Shown: one piece after another, positions 23,033 to 34,346 of the stretch
How positions within the stretch are numbered: position 1 is the first letter of the stretch
How the letters are laid out: every line of letters begins with the position of its first letter
Origin: Octopus bimaculoides
Lineage: Eukaryota
NCBI RefSeq assembly: GCF_001194135.2
Contig: NC_068981.1
Span: forward strand, 17,839,840-17,879,597
Reading direction: 5' to 3'
Length of the DNA: 39,758 bases
Position numbers and translations under genes: made by a program
The notes under the pieces: model-generated
Seen by the model: only the letters and a program-made list of their open reading frames with translations
Databases searched by the model: none
Told to the model about the DNA's origin: nothing

Positions 23033-25310
23033 GTATCCTTTTTCGATGTCACAGTCCCTTTGATCTATGCTTCTGATGCCAGTGTTAGGTGGAGCAATGT
23101 CTCATTATGAAGGGCTGTGGTACACCAGTACCATCGTTGTATGAGTGTTATATTGGTGAATAATTAGTGTGGGGACCATGATACTGGTGTACAGTTTGTG
23201 TGGGATACTGGAACATGAGTGTAGTGTGACTGTGGTACAGTTAGTGTGGGGACAGTGACATTGGTGAATAGTTAGACTGTGGTGCTGGTTAGTATGGGGT
23301 CGTGTACAGTTAAAGTGGAAACAGTGGTATTGATGTATGGTTGATATGGGAGACTGGTATTGGCATACAGTTTCTGTGGGAGACTGTAGTACTGGCATAC
23401 AGTTTATGTGAGATCTGTAGCACAAGGGGTACCTGTAGTGAGGTACTTGTGTGCTGCAACGGTACATTTAGCATATGACTGTAGTTGAAAGCTGTAGTAT
23501 GTTTAGTCTGAAAGGCTGACTTCTGTAAATTAGATAGAAAAAATACAGTTTTAATTACTAATTAATCTTATAATCAGTAGTAAAATTATACAACCAGTGC
23601 TTTATACAACGGTAAGTACTTAGCAGTGTTGCTGAGTCTATAGTTATAATTGTTGTGATATCTGGACAGTGGCAGTTGTCTCCCCTGTAAGACACTGCCA
23701 TTTCTGATGACCAACAAACTCAGCCTTGTACACTGTACTTCTATTGTTTATACTACATCAAAAAATATGTCCCCATTACCCTAATGTATACCACATAATG
23801 TTTCCACTACCATACTGCAAACTACACAATGTCCTATTACACGACCACCACCACCACCAACGTATGTCCTCACTATGCACTGTTTAATATGTCCCCCCAT
23901 TACTTCATTACACCACAACACAATATGTCCCCATTAACCACCACACATTGTCCTCACTACACATCACATAATATATCCTCATTACCACACCCCCATACAC
24001 CTCACAATATGTCTTCACTACCGCTACACTACATCCTATACAATATATTTCCTCTATAACACTACCACATGTCCCCACTACACCAGGTCAGTATGTCCTC
24101 TTTACCCCATTACCCTGTCTCACAATGTCTAAACTATCCTCTCATACATAACATCCTCTCTACTGCACTACATCTCACTATATAACCAGAATACTGCAAG
24201 ATGCTGAGAAAGCCTCTATGAAGCCATAATCACTCAGCCAGCTTGAAATAACAGCTGCTTCTCAAATCATATCATGTCATGTTAAAAAGAAAAGGGCACA
24301 TTGGATATTGTAGTCCTCGGTACATTATGCCTTACACAATGTCTTCGCTAGCACACTCCACCCTGTACCACATGTTGTAACTTACAGACTACACACCACA
24401 CAATATAGCCATACCCCAGTCCATATACGTTCTGACTTCCAGATTACATTTCATAGCAGAGCAGCTTTTGCTCATTACATTATACTCACACTACAATTTC
24501 TGACTGTTATACTATGTTCTTACTGTTACACAACGTTCCTTTCTACCACCTCATACCACATTATACTACCCACCATGCAACCTGTCCTCACTGTCATACC
24601 ATCAATACATATGTCTTTACTACTACATTGCACACCAAACAGACACCACCGTCATCATCATTATTCTTTTGATATCTGTTTTCCATGTTGGTATGGGTTG
24701 GACAGTTCAACAGAAGCTGGCGAGCCAGGGAACTGTGCCAAGCTCCAATGTCTGCTTTGATATTATTTCTACAGCTGGATGATCTTCCTAATGCCAACCA
24801 CTCTACATAGTGTTCTTGGTGCTTTTTATGTGGCATTAGCATCAATGAGGTTACCAAGTAACTCACAAGACAAGACCCCAGTGTGCTACTGGTACTTATT
24901 TTAGCAGCCCCAAAAGGACAAAAGGCAAAGTTGACCTTGGTGGTTGTCCTTGCATATAGGTTATTCTCTGCATCCCTCTGCAGCGGAGTGTTCCTAATCT
25001 TGCGAGATCCTGGGTACCTGTGTCACATAAAAAGCACCTGTACTGGTGCCATGTAGATGCACCTGTGCCGGTGCTGTATAAAAGCACCCAGTGCATTGTC
25101 TAAAGTGCTTGGTGTCAGGAAGGGCATCTATGCTTGGGCAGCTCTCCAGCTGACCAGCTCCTGTCAAACCATCCAACTCATGCCAGCATGGAAAACGGAT
25201 GTTAAATGATGATGATGATGAATTTTGCTTGGCATGCTAACGATTCTGCCAGCTTACCACCTTACATTACTGCTTTGTTAATATGGTGTTGATGCATATA
25301 TGTGTATATA

Positions 25311-25848
25311 CAGGGTTATTCAAAATGAACGAACCGATTTCATTACGCAATGTTTTAATAAGGAAAAGCAATAGAAAACTCCAGCTAAGTCACAAGTGTT
25401 TACTCACAATCAGCTTTTATCTCCTGTCTTACAAGTGTTCAATGTGGCCACCACCTGCAGCATGGGCAACATCAATGCGATAAGAGAATTCCTCCCAGAT
25501 GCGTATCAGCATATCACGATCCAATGAGTACTTCTTTGGCTGTCTGGTTGAATGCTTTATCGAAGTTTTTCCATTTCCCTTCTATGCCAATATCTTCTGG
25601 AATCGCCTCAAGCAAAGCAAATTTATTCTTTAGTTCTATAATGAACTTTGCTTTTGATATGCTGATCTGCGTCTCTTATCGCATTGATGTTGCCTGTGCT
25701 GCAGGTGGTGGCCACATTGAACACTTGTAAGGCAGGAAATAATAGTTGATCGTCAGTAAATACTTGTGACTTAACTGGAGTTTTCTATTGCTTTTCCTTA
25801 TTAAAATATTGCATAATGAAATCGGTTCCTTCTTTTTGAATAACCCTG
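25311..25848. mobile_element. Fold-back Tc1/mariner-type element with ~200-bp inverted arms
   Basis: TA|CAGGGTTATTCAAAA...TTTTGAATAACCCTG|TA. The arms at 25311-25515 and 25656-25848 are inverted copies encoding ...YRIDVACAAGGGHIEHL*, like a Tc1/maT transposase C-terminus. Spacer is 140 bp. Confidence 0.9.
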
Positions 25849-26237
25849 TATATATATATATATACAGTTATAACTATGTTTAATACACTCCTATATTTAG
25901 TTTCACTGCTAAATAGACGTGGTGATAAAACCACAGGGCTTTTTACCTTATTAGAATGAAGATTAAACTGTCAGTAAAAACTCATCAGAGATCATTTACA
26001 TCTCCCCAGCATGATGTCAACTTTAACTCCGTAGCATTCAGATTATTTTGTCAAATGTAATGCTTGTTTATTCACATTGAATTAATCAAGAATTGACTTG
26101 TAGCATAAAAATTTTGGTGATGTCATAAGTGGACAGAACATTTTGGCTAAATATGGCTGGTTTAAATGCTAAAGTGTTAAGAAGTGTAGAACTACTAACA
26201 AAAGATGTCAGCAAGATTGTAGTTCAACCTAATGGTT

Positions 26238-26665
26238 AGGTACAGGCTGTGTGTGTGGTTAAGAAGCTTACTTCCCAACCATGTGGTCTTGGATTCAGTC
26301 CCACTGTGTGACACCTTGGGCAAATGTCTTCTATTACCTCAGCCTGACCAAAGCCTTGTGAATAGATTTGATAGGTAGAAAGTGAAAGAAGCCCATGACA
26401 TGTGTGTTGTATGTGTGTTTGTGTGTACCTTTGTTTTGACATCATGTGATGGTTGTAAATGAATATCACTGTCATATAAGCGAGGTTGTTTGTTAACAGT
26501 CTTCCATGAAAAATATGCCTGGCCATGAGGAAATATCACCTTGCTTGGAAATAGATGAAGGTCGGTGTCAGGAAGGACATTCAACCACAGAAAATCTGCC
26601 TCAACCAATTGTCTGAGCCATGGAAGCATGGAAAAGTAGATGTTAACATGATGATGATGATGATG
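26238..26665 (+). mobile_element. SINE with family A head and (GAT)n tail (variant); similar copies at ~7663-8090 and ~38495-38945
   Basis: GGCTGTGTGTGGTTAAGAAGCTT...CAGTCCCACTG head; GCATGGAAAAGTAGATGTTAACATGATGATG tail. Confidence 0.7.
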
Positions 26666-27452
26666 TATATGATTAACAACTGTGCTTTAGTAACTTAAAT
26701 CATCAACGAAATATGTGTTATGAATAAATATAAAGATATCATATCTATGTTTAGGGAATGTGTTTGTTCTTAATGCCCTGTTTTAAACAGTAACAAAATC
26801 CAGCTGTAATAGCAATTGCTCCAACAAAATGCTAGTATCTTTATTTACCCATTTCTCTTCTGCTCATGTGGGCTTGGACAAATTCATGTGAAACAATAAA
26901 AAAAAACAACAGACTTTTTATGAATTCCTGTTGAATTATTTGCTGAAAGACTATATTTTTTTCTTATTTTATTCACTCCAAAAATTATTTCCAAAGTTTG
27001 TGTCATTAAAACTCTAAAAACATTAAGAGATGTGAAATAATGTATTTCGTTTTATTAAATTTTTTTTTATTGAGGGTACTTGAAGTAGATAAAGCTGTAA
27101 ATATTGGGTTACAAAACCTCTTTGAGTAGAAAAAGACGAATGCTGCCTGTGAGACTTCAACCCACATCTTCTGTAGAAAAATTTAAAGGGTTGCTTTGGT
27201 ATAATGGTAGAACACCTGTCATGTCTACAGAAGATGTGTGTACAAGTCCCACAGGCAGCCTTCAACTTTTTCTATCTAAATGTTTTTTTTAAACCTAATA
27301 ATGTAATTATCTATAGCTTTATCTACTATGAGTTCTACCTTTAAAAAAGAAAGAAAAAACGAAATTATTTCCCAAAGTATTTTTGTATCATGAAATATTG
27401 GAATGTTCCCTCTACATATTACTGCTGATTATTTTCCTTGACCAGTGTCCAG

Positions 27453-27495
27453 TGAAGATATGATGTCCATGTACAATGTAAAAACACCAAGTTCA
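27453..27495 (+). CDS. POLA2: POLA2 coding exon 4
   Basis: After the U12 branch site; (F)EDMMSMYNVKTPSS, similar to the E..L..Y.TPSK segment; 43 nt; donor |GTAAGT, phase 0. Confidence 0.85.
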
Positions 27496-27801
27496 GTAAG
27501 TAAAAGATTGAATTGTTTTTGTTTGTTTAATGAGATAAAAGTTGTTTCTGATGGATTGCTCTGGTGAATTTTTAAAGTTGGCCAAGTTTAGACCCAGAAA
27601 ATGTTTGGAAGATTGATCATGGGAAAAGCATCCCTGGAGTAAAGAAGGCATGTCCTTGGCAAGCTTGCAAATAGTGATGAAAGGACTTTGACAAACCTGA
27701 TTGATTGATTTTGTTATGAAGAAAGTGATGGAAATCTCTTTGGAGTTTTGATTAACCAGTTTTTATTCTTTCCATAAATAAAAGGAAAATACTGTCATTA
27801 C

Positions 27802-28000
27802 TGGAAGGTGTTTATAAGCCATTTAAAATAACACACAAAAACCGTTAGATTCATTTCAACATTTAAATTTAATTTGTCAAAATATTTTCTGTGCTGCATC
27901 TGAGATGCAGCACAGAATTTTGTCAGTGAACAAATTTAAATGTTGAAGTGAATCTAACAGTTTTTGTGTGTTATTTTAAATGGCTTATAAACACCTTCCA
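27802..28000. mobile_element. Palindromic MITE-like element (~200 bp)
   Basis: Outer 69-bp arms with 2 mismatches, and a perfect inner 15-bp palindrome TTCTGTGCTGCATCT-G-AGATGCAGCACAGAA. Confidence 0.8.
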
Positions 28001-28676
28001 CGCTGCAATTGTTTTTGTTCCAGCACACGATCTCAGATCAGGTCACTTGCTATGCAAGTACATCTCCGTAACTGTCATTACTGCAAATAACAAAACATCT
28101 AGAAAGTTTGAATGTTATTGTTCTTGGTGTAATTGTAGTAGCAGTCAAAAAGTTAGCTGCTGGTCATTACATTGCTGTTGCTGCTTGTTCATTGTGGCTG
28201 TTGTCAGCAGTTGTCTATTTCTATTTGCCATCTGTCTACTGTTTCTCAATGCTCTCTGTCAAGTAACTAAGATGTGCTGAATATATACCGATGGATAGAT
28301 TCAGAGAGAAAGGCACGGAAAAGTTGGTATTATTGCTGGAGTCAGTTCTGGGTGAAATCATGATTGGTTAGAATTTTCTATTCCGTGGGTAATATTCAGG
28401 CAAATCATGACACCAAGTGTAGTAATCTAACTGCTAAATATTCCTGCTACAGATTAAACAAACAATTAATCAAAAAATCAATTAGTTAATTGGTTAAATA
28501 TTTAACCAATTACGTCTGCCAAGCAGTGTGTGTTAGGAAATCTCTGCTGTCCATAATTCTTATTTAGAATAAATCTGGTTTGACATGTTTTTAACCTTTC
28601 TAATGTAGGTGGATGATATTTAGTTAATCTAGAAACTTCTTGAAAGTTAAAATGTTTGAAACTTTCTTCTATGTAG

Positions 28677-28777
28677 ATGTCCAAAAGTAAAAAACGACCA
28701 AGATCTCCAGATATTCCCAAGAAGTCCTTAAATACCAGTTTTAATGCACTACTACCAGAACTTTATTCCCCAAAGAG
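28677..28777 (+). CDS. POLA2: POLA2 coding exon 5
   Basis: Acceptor CTTTCTTCTATGTAG|; MSKSKKRPRSPDIPKKSLNTSFNALLPELYSPK+AG; donor |GTAATT, phase 2; S/T-P-rich linker. Confidence 0.85.
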
Positions 28778-29640
28778 GTAATTAAACTTTTATTTAATCA
28801 TTCAGTAACTGTAAGGTTAAGGTATTAGACAAGTGACCACATAGTTTGAATGTGGTCAAAGGTTTATCATAGGCCATTATGTCTCATCATCATTTTAACA
28901 TCCACTTTTGCATGCTTGCAAAAGCTGAAGTTTGTTGAAGATTTTCTATGGCTGGATGCCCTTCCTGTCACCAACCATCAACTCTTTCCAAGCAAAGTAA
29001 TATTTCCCCATGGCTAGTTTTAGCGAAATTAATAGAAATGGTTGACATTCATTTGCAACAATCATGTGATGTCAAGACAAAGAGACACGTACGTATACTT
29101 TCTTACACACACATACAGTGGGCTTCTTTCGGTTTCTTATTTCTTTACTGCCCACAAGGGGATACACACAGAGGGGACAAATGGATTAAGTCGATTATAT
29201 CAACCCCAGTGCATAACTGGTACTTATTTAATCGACCCCGAAAAGATGAAAGGCAAAGTTGACCTCGATGGAATTCGAACTCAGAACATAGCGGCAGATG
29301 AAATACCGCCAAGCATTTTGCACGTCGCGTTAATGTTTCTGCCAGCTCGCCGCCTTTCAGTTTCTCAGGGCTTCTTTCAGTTTCTGCCTACCAAATCTAC
29401 TCACAAGGGCTTGGTTGATCTGGGATTATAGTAGAACATGCTTGCCAAAGATGCTATGCTATGAGATTGAACCTGAAATCATGTAGATGGGAAGCAAACT
29501 TCTTAGTCACATAGCCATGTCTGTACCTTATCTTTATTATATATAAAATCGAATAAGTTTGTGTACTGTAAGGAGAGGTGACTTCTAACAGTTCAGACAA
29601 ATTGTTGTTTAACCCCAGGATAGTCCTGATTCAGAAGACT

Positions 29641-29859
29641 CACGAGGGAGTGCTGCAAAGTTCCTGGCTTGAAGGATATTGTGAAAGGCCTGGCTGGAGG
29701 CCCAACCTTCCGAGTTCTTTTATAGGGCTTAAGAAAACTGAAGGACTGCTGCATTAAGTGAGTGAATCTGAGAGGGGAATATGTTGAATAAAATCATAAT
29801 TAACTGATCCTCCTATATTTTCCTTTACCCAAAGCCAAGAACTTTTCTGCACCCACGTG
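29641..29859 (+). mobile_element. Degenerate mariner MITE
   Basis: Imperfect TIRs CACGAGGGAGTGCTGCAAAGTTCCTGGCTT / AAGCCAAGAACTTTTCTGCACCCACGTG; internal GLRKLKDCCIK*VNLRGEYVE*, a mariner C-terminus. Confidence 0.75.
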
Positions 29860-30423
29860 CATCATTAACCCTCTTGTTACCATATTTCTGTTGAAATATA
29901 CTGCTTTTCATCATCATTATCCCTTAATGCCCGTTTGTCATGCTGGCATGGGTTGGACAGTTTGATCAGAGCTGACAAGCTAGAGAGTTGCACCAGGTTC
30001 CAGTCTGATTTGGCTTGGTTTCTATGGCTGGATGCCCTTCCTAACACCAACCATTTTACAGTGTGTTTTGTGGTATTCGAAACATAAATTAGCTTGAAAT
30101 TTTGATGGAAGGTTTTAATTTAGATCACCTTAAAACAGGAAGGTTGTATCATAGAACCAAGGGCAGTCTTAGGCAGGTTGATATTAAAAAAAGGATAAAG
30201 GTATAACTGTCTCATCTTTTATGCAGATATTCTATATTTACAATTGCACTATAAGGTGTAGCCTTTTTATAAAATAGTGTGTGATTCGGAAGAAATTTAA
30301 CTGTTGTTTTTAACCAATTGTGTGACCAATCAGAGGTTTATTTGTTGGCTCTAGAAATGTATCAGACACCTTTAAATGAAATTAGAGACCTTAATTAATG
30401 TTAACTACTTAAATGTCTTGCAG

Positions 30424-30611
30424 TGCTACTCCTCCACGTATTTTCAAAGATCGCACAAATTCTGGTGAATGTGTTCTCAGTTTTGGAAACGTAACCTCTG
30501 CTCATTGGTCAGACACCAGCCTCAAATGTTCCTTTGATCTTTTCGATGCATCTTCAGTTCTTACAAATTCTATCAAATATATGTTTGAAAAGAAACATGA
30601 CCAAGCTGAAT
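30424..30611 (+). CDS. POLA2: POLA2 coding exon 6
   Basis: TTGCAG|; (S)ATPPRIFKDRTNSGECVLSFGNVTSAHWSDTSLKCSFDLFDASSVLTNSIKYMFEKKHDQAE+T, with conserved R.N.GE...SFG and YKxMF-like motifs; donor |GTAAGT, phase 1. Confidence 0.95.
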
Positions 30612-30851
30612 GTAAGTTTATGAATCTTGTTTTCTTCTATGACCAAACATCAACAAATGATTTCTTTAGTTCAGCTGATGATGCTGAAGTCCTTTCATCC
30701 TCCTCAATGATATTTTCTCATTCTTTCAGGTCTCTCTAGTTCTGGTTGTCTGCAAACCTCATTAAGACTCTGACATACCAGCTGATTGATTGATTGCTTG
30801 ATTAATCAAGCACTTTATTAGTCAATTGGCTAACTACTTGACTGATCATTA

Positions 30852-31301
30852 TTGGCACTCCGTTGCTTACGACGTCGAGGGTTCCAGTTGATCCGATCAA
30901 CGGAACAGCCTGCTCGTGAAATTAACGTGCAAGTGGCTGAGCACTCCACAGACACGTGTACCCTTAACGTAGTTCTCGGGGAGATTCAGCTTTGTCACAC
31001 TCTGTGTGACAAGGCTGACCCTTTGAATTACAGGCACAACAGAAACAGGAAGTAAGAGTGAGAGAAAGTTGTGGTGGAAGAGTACAGCAGGGTTCGCCAC
31101 CATCCCCTGCTGGAGCCTCGTGGAGCTTTAGGTGTTTTCGCTCAATAANNNNNNNNNNGTTCGCCACCATCCCCTGCTGGAGCCTCGTGGAGCTTTAGGT
31201 GTTTTCGCTCAATAAACACTCACAACGCCCGGTCTGGGAATCGAAACCGCAATCCTATGACCGCGAGTCCACTGCCCTAACCACTGGGCCATTGCGCCTC
31301 C
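30852..31301 (-). mobile_element. SINE family C with 11-bp TSD; contains a 10-N gap (31149-31158) with an artefactual 57-bp duplication
   Basis: TSD TGACTGATCAT at 30839-30849 and 31304-31314; 31092-31148 equals 31159-31215. Confidence 0.88.
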
Positions 31302-31344
31302 ACTGACTGATCATAATAATATAATAATAATAATAATAATAATC

Positions 31345-31785
31345 AGCATCATCATTTAACATCCGTTTTCCATGCTGGCATGGGTTGGACGATTTGACTG
31401 GGGACTGGCGAACCAGATGGCTATACCAGACTGCAATCTGATCTGGCAGAGTTTCTACAGCTGGATGCCCTTAATGCCAACCACTCTGAGAGTGTAGTGG
31501 GTGCTTTTTATGTGCCACCGGCACGAGGGCAAGTCAGGCGGTACTAGCAACGGCCATGCTCAAATGGTGTTTCTTTACGTGCCACCTGCACAGGAGTCAG
31601 TCCAATGTTTTGTTCACATGCCACTGGCATAAGTGCCAGTAGGGCGAAGCTGGAAACGATCGCGCTCAAATGGTGCTTTTTACGTGCCACCGGCACAGAA
31701 GCGAGAACACTGCTCTGACAGTGATCCCACTCGGATGGTGCTGTTAGTGCTCCTCTGGCACTGGTGCCAGTCATCGAATTTGGTT
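31345..31785 (-). mobile_element. Family D element with internal tandem subrepeats
   Basis: Close match to 3525-4070. Confidence 0.75.
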
Positions 31786-32015
31786 CAAATAATAATAATA
31801 ATCCTTTCTATTATAGGCACAAGGCCTGAAATTTACAGGGAGTAGGGTAAGTAGATTACATCGACCCCAGTGTGTAACTGGTACTTATTTAATCGACCCT
31901 GGAAGGAAGAAAGGCAAAGTCAACCTTGGTGGAATTTGAGCTCAGAACATAGCAGCAGACGAAATACCGTTAAGCATTTCGCCCGGCGTGCTAATGATTC
32001 TGCCAGCTCGCCGCC

Positions 32016-32052
<37 letters not shown>

Positions 32053-32265
32053 TCCTTTCTACTGAAAGCACAAGGCTTCATATTTGGGGAAAAGGATTAA
32101 GTCGATTATATCGACTCCAGTGTGTAAATCGTACTTATTTAATTGACCCTGAAAGGATGAAAGGTAAAGTTGACCTCGGTGGAATTTGAACTTAGAACGT
32201 AGCGATGGGCGAAATGCTGTTAAGCATTTCACCCGAGATGCTAACGATTCTGCCAGCTTGTCGCC

Positions 32266-32297
<32 letters not shown>

Positions 32298-32510
32298 TCT
32301 TTCAAATTTTGGCACGAGGCTAGCAGTTTTGAGGGGGAGAGGGTATGCATTTCTTATTGGCAAAATAACTCTCTTGAGATACTACAACATCTGTTTCAAT
32401 ACACATTTTTTTTACTTCAAGAATCTTGTAAAACTAATGCTAAAATGAGATGATAATAATACGCCATGGTTTTAATTTTATTATTTGTTTTTCTTTTTTT
32501 CTTTTTCTAG

Positions 32511-32599
32511 ACCTGAACGATCAGATTGATAAAGTGAGTTCTCAGCTTAAACAGAAATATGAATTGGAAGAATTTCATCACATTGGTCGTTCATCTCAA
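32511..32599 (+). CDS. POLA2: POLA2 coding exon 7
   Basis: Long polypyrimidine tract then CTAG|; (Y)LNDQIDKVSSQLKQKYELEEFHHIGRSSQ; donor |GTAAGG, phase 0. Confidence 0.93.
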
Positions 32600-32689
32600 G
32601 TAAGGTCACATCTTTTCTTCCTTTTCACTCTGTCTTTCTGCCTATTTGTCTTTCTCTTTCTCTCTCTTTCTCATTACTAAAAAAGGTTC

Positions 32690-32975
32690 GTTCTCTCTGT
32701 ACCATGCGGCACATAAGGCTGAAACACAACCTCTCCAACCAACTCTGTTTCCTGCCACTGTTTTAATTTCATTCCAGCTTCTCCATCCTTCTTGTCTTTC
32801 CTTTTCAGTGGTTTTAGGACGCCCTGCTGCTCTTTTCCCCTCAGATGTCACTTTAGTGCCACTATACAATCACTTCCTTGATCTTGTCTGTATGTCTTAT
32901 TTCATCACTGATTCTGTTGATTCCTGTTGTCATCTCAATTGTGTCATTTTGGACTCTTTGCAGTCACTTGATGTC
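32690..32975 (-). mobile_element. RTE-clade LINE 3' fragment
   Basis: Minus strand ...EGKRAAGRPKTT...WRSWNEIKTVAGNRVGWRGCVSALCAAW matches the RTE C-terminal G.R.RGRPK.TW...A.DR..WR..V.ALC pattern. Confidence 0.75.
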
Positions 32976-33297
32976 TAACTTCACAAATATCCTGGTTGCT
33001 GACTGTTCTGAGCTCAAACACTACCATTTACAATATTTTGTATTTTATTTCCTATTGTTTAAGGCAAAAGAGGAAGGGAAACTCCCATGACCCTTTCCTG
33101 AATGCTCATGGGAAAGGTATAAATGTCACAGTTTCACTTTCGCTTTCATCATTAATTACATCCTCTTTCCTATATAAGAATTATTAATGTTCTAAAATGT
33201 TATTAACCCTGACATGTAACTGAAGACTGTGTCTCTGGATTTGCATGTGCCACATTTTTCTTAATTCAATTCCAGACATTTTTTCAACTGTATATAG

Positions 33298-33495
33298 CAG
33301 TGGTTCTCAACTATTTTAATATCTGGACCAGATCCAAAACCTGGATTTTTTTAGGGAGCCACACCAAAAAATGTAAAATGCAAGTCAATTTGAAGAAAAA
33401 TTTATTATGTTCATAGAGGGAAGACTATCAAGGGCCACTAGAAGGATGGTTGAAGGCTGCATGCAGCCCCTGGGAGGTACAGTTGAGAACTGCTG
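33298..33495. mobile_element. hAT MITE (198 bp)
   Basis: TIR CAGTGGTTCTCAAC / GTTGAGAACTGCTG; 8-bp TSD GTATATAG / GTATGTAG. Confidence 0.85.
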
Positions 33496-33530
33496 GTATG
33501 TAGGCTCTACAGGGTAACAGAGTTTCTTCT

Positions 33531-33904
33531 GGCTGTGTGGTAAGTAGCTTGCTTACCAACTACATTGTTCCCGGTTCAGTCCCACTGCGTGACACCTTGG
33601 GAAAGTGTCTTCTACTATAGCCACAGGCCGACCAAAGCCTTGTGAGTGGATTTGGTAGACGGAAACTGAAAGAAGTCCGTCGTATATATGTATGTGTGTG
33701 TATATGTTTGTGTCTGTGTTTGTCCACCCAACATCGCTTGACAACCGATGCTGGTGTGTTTACGTCCCCGTAACTTAGCGGTTCGGCAAAAGAGACTGAT
33801 AGAATAAGTACTAGGCTTTCAAAGAATAAGTCTTGGGGTCCATTTGCTTGACTAAAGGCGGTGCTCCAGCATGGCCGCAGTCAAATGACTGAAACAAGTA
33901 AAAG
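33531..33904 (+). mobile_element. SINE family A copy in POLA2 intron 7
   Basis: Highly similar to 8835-9237, with a slightly 5'-truncated head. Confidence 0.85.
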
Positions 33905-33979
33905 TATATGGGAGGTGTTGGAGCTGTTTTGTCTGACTGAATCATTTATGTTTAACTTCATTGCTCTGTCTTTCTACAG

Positions 33980-34135
33980 GCAACTGTTACCATTGCTGGC
34001 CGTATTTGCGGTGAGTGTGAGAGTCGTTTGAATGCTCAGTCAATCATTCTAGAAGGTTCTCATGATACTTCCTCAGGAATGACATGTCCTATTGATGTAT
34101 CAGAATTAAAAGACTACTCGTTGTTTCCTGGACAG
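33980..34135 (+). CDS. POLA2: POLA2 coding exon 8
   Basis: TTTCTACAG|; ATVTIAGRICGECESRLNAQSIILEGSHDTSSGMTCPIDVSELKDYSLFPGQ, with the diagnostic G.I.....LN..S..LEG...S.G and SLFPGQ motifs; donor |GTAAGT. Confidence 0.97.
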
Positions 34136-34346
34136 GTAAGTTTATTTTCTGGGAACATCACTTTGTTTGCTCGTAACTGAATATACACAGTCAACTCCCT
34201 TTCGACACACAGACAGTTCAATATTGCTTTCTCTTCAAAGTTCAAGTTAACCCCTGCCACCCATTTAATTACTGCTTGCATATCAGGAGAGTTGCAGTTG
34301 CTCCACATATCTGAGAGAGTGTTGCTGCTACTACTACTACTACAAT

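Larger units (their letters stand above)
23033..27452 (+). other. U12-type (minor spliceosome) GT-AG intron, POLA2 intron 3 (4420 bp)
   Basis: 5' site GTATCCTTT; branch site TTTTCCTTGAC at 27432-27442 with branch A 11 nt before the AG at 27451-27452; frame is preserved only with this AG. Confidence 0.85.

Noticed and set aside
27104-27292. 62-aa ORF in intron 3 as an alternative POLA2 exon
   Set aside because: It overlaps the tRNA-like inverted-repeat element, shows no POLA2 similarity, and exons 3 and 4 already join in frame.
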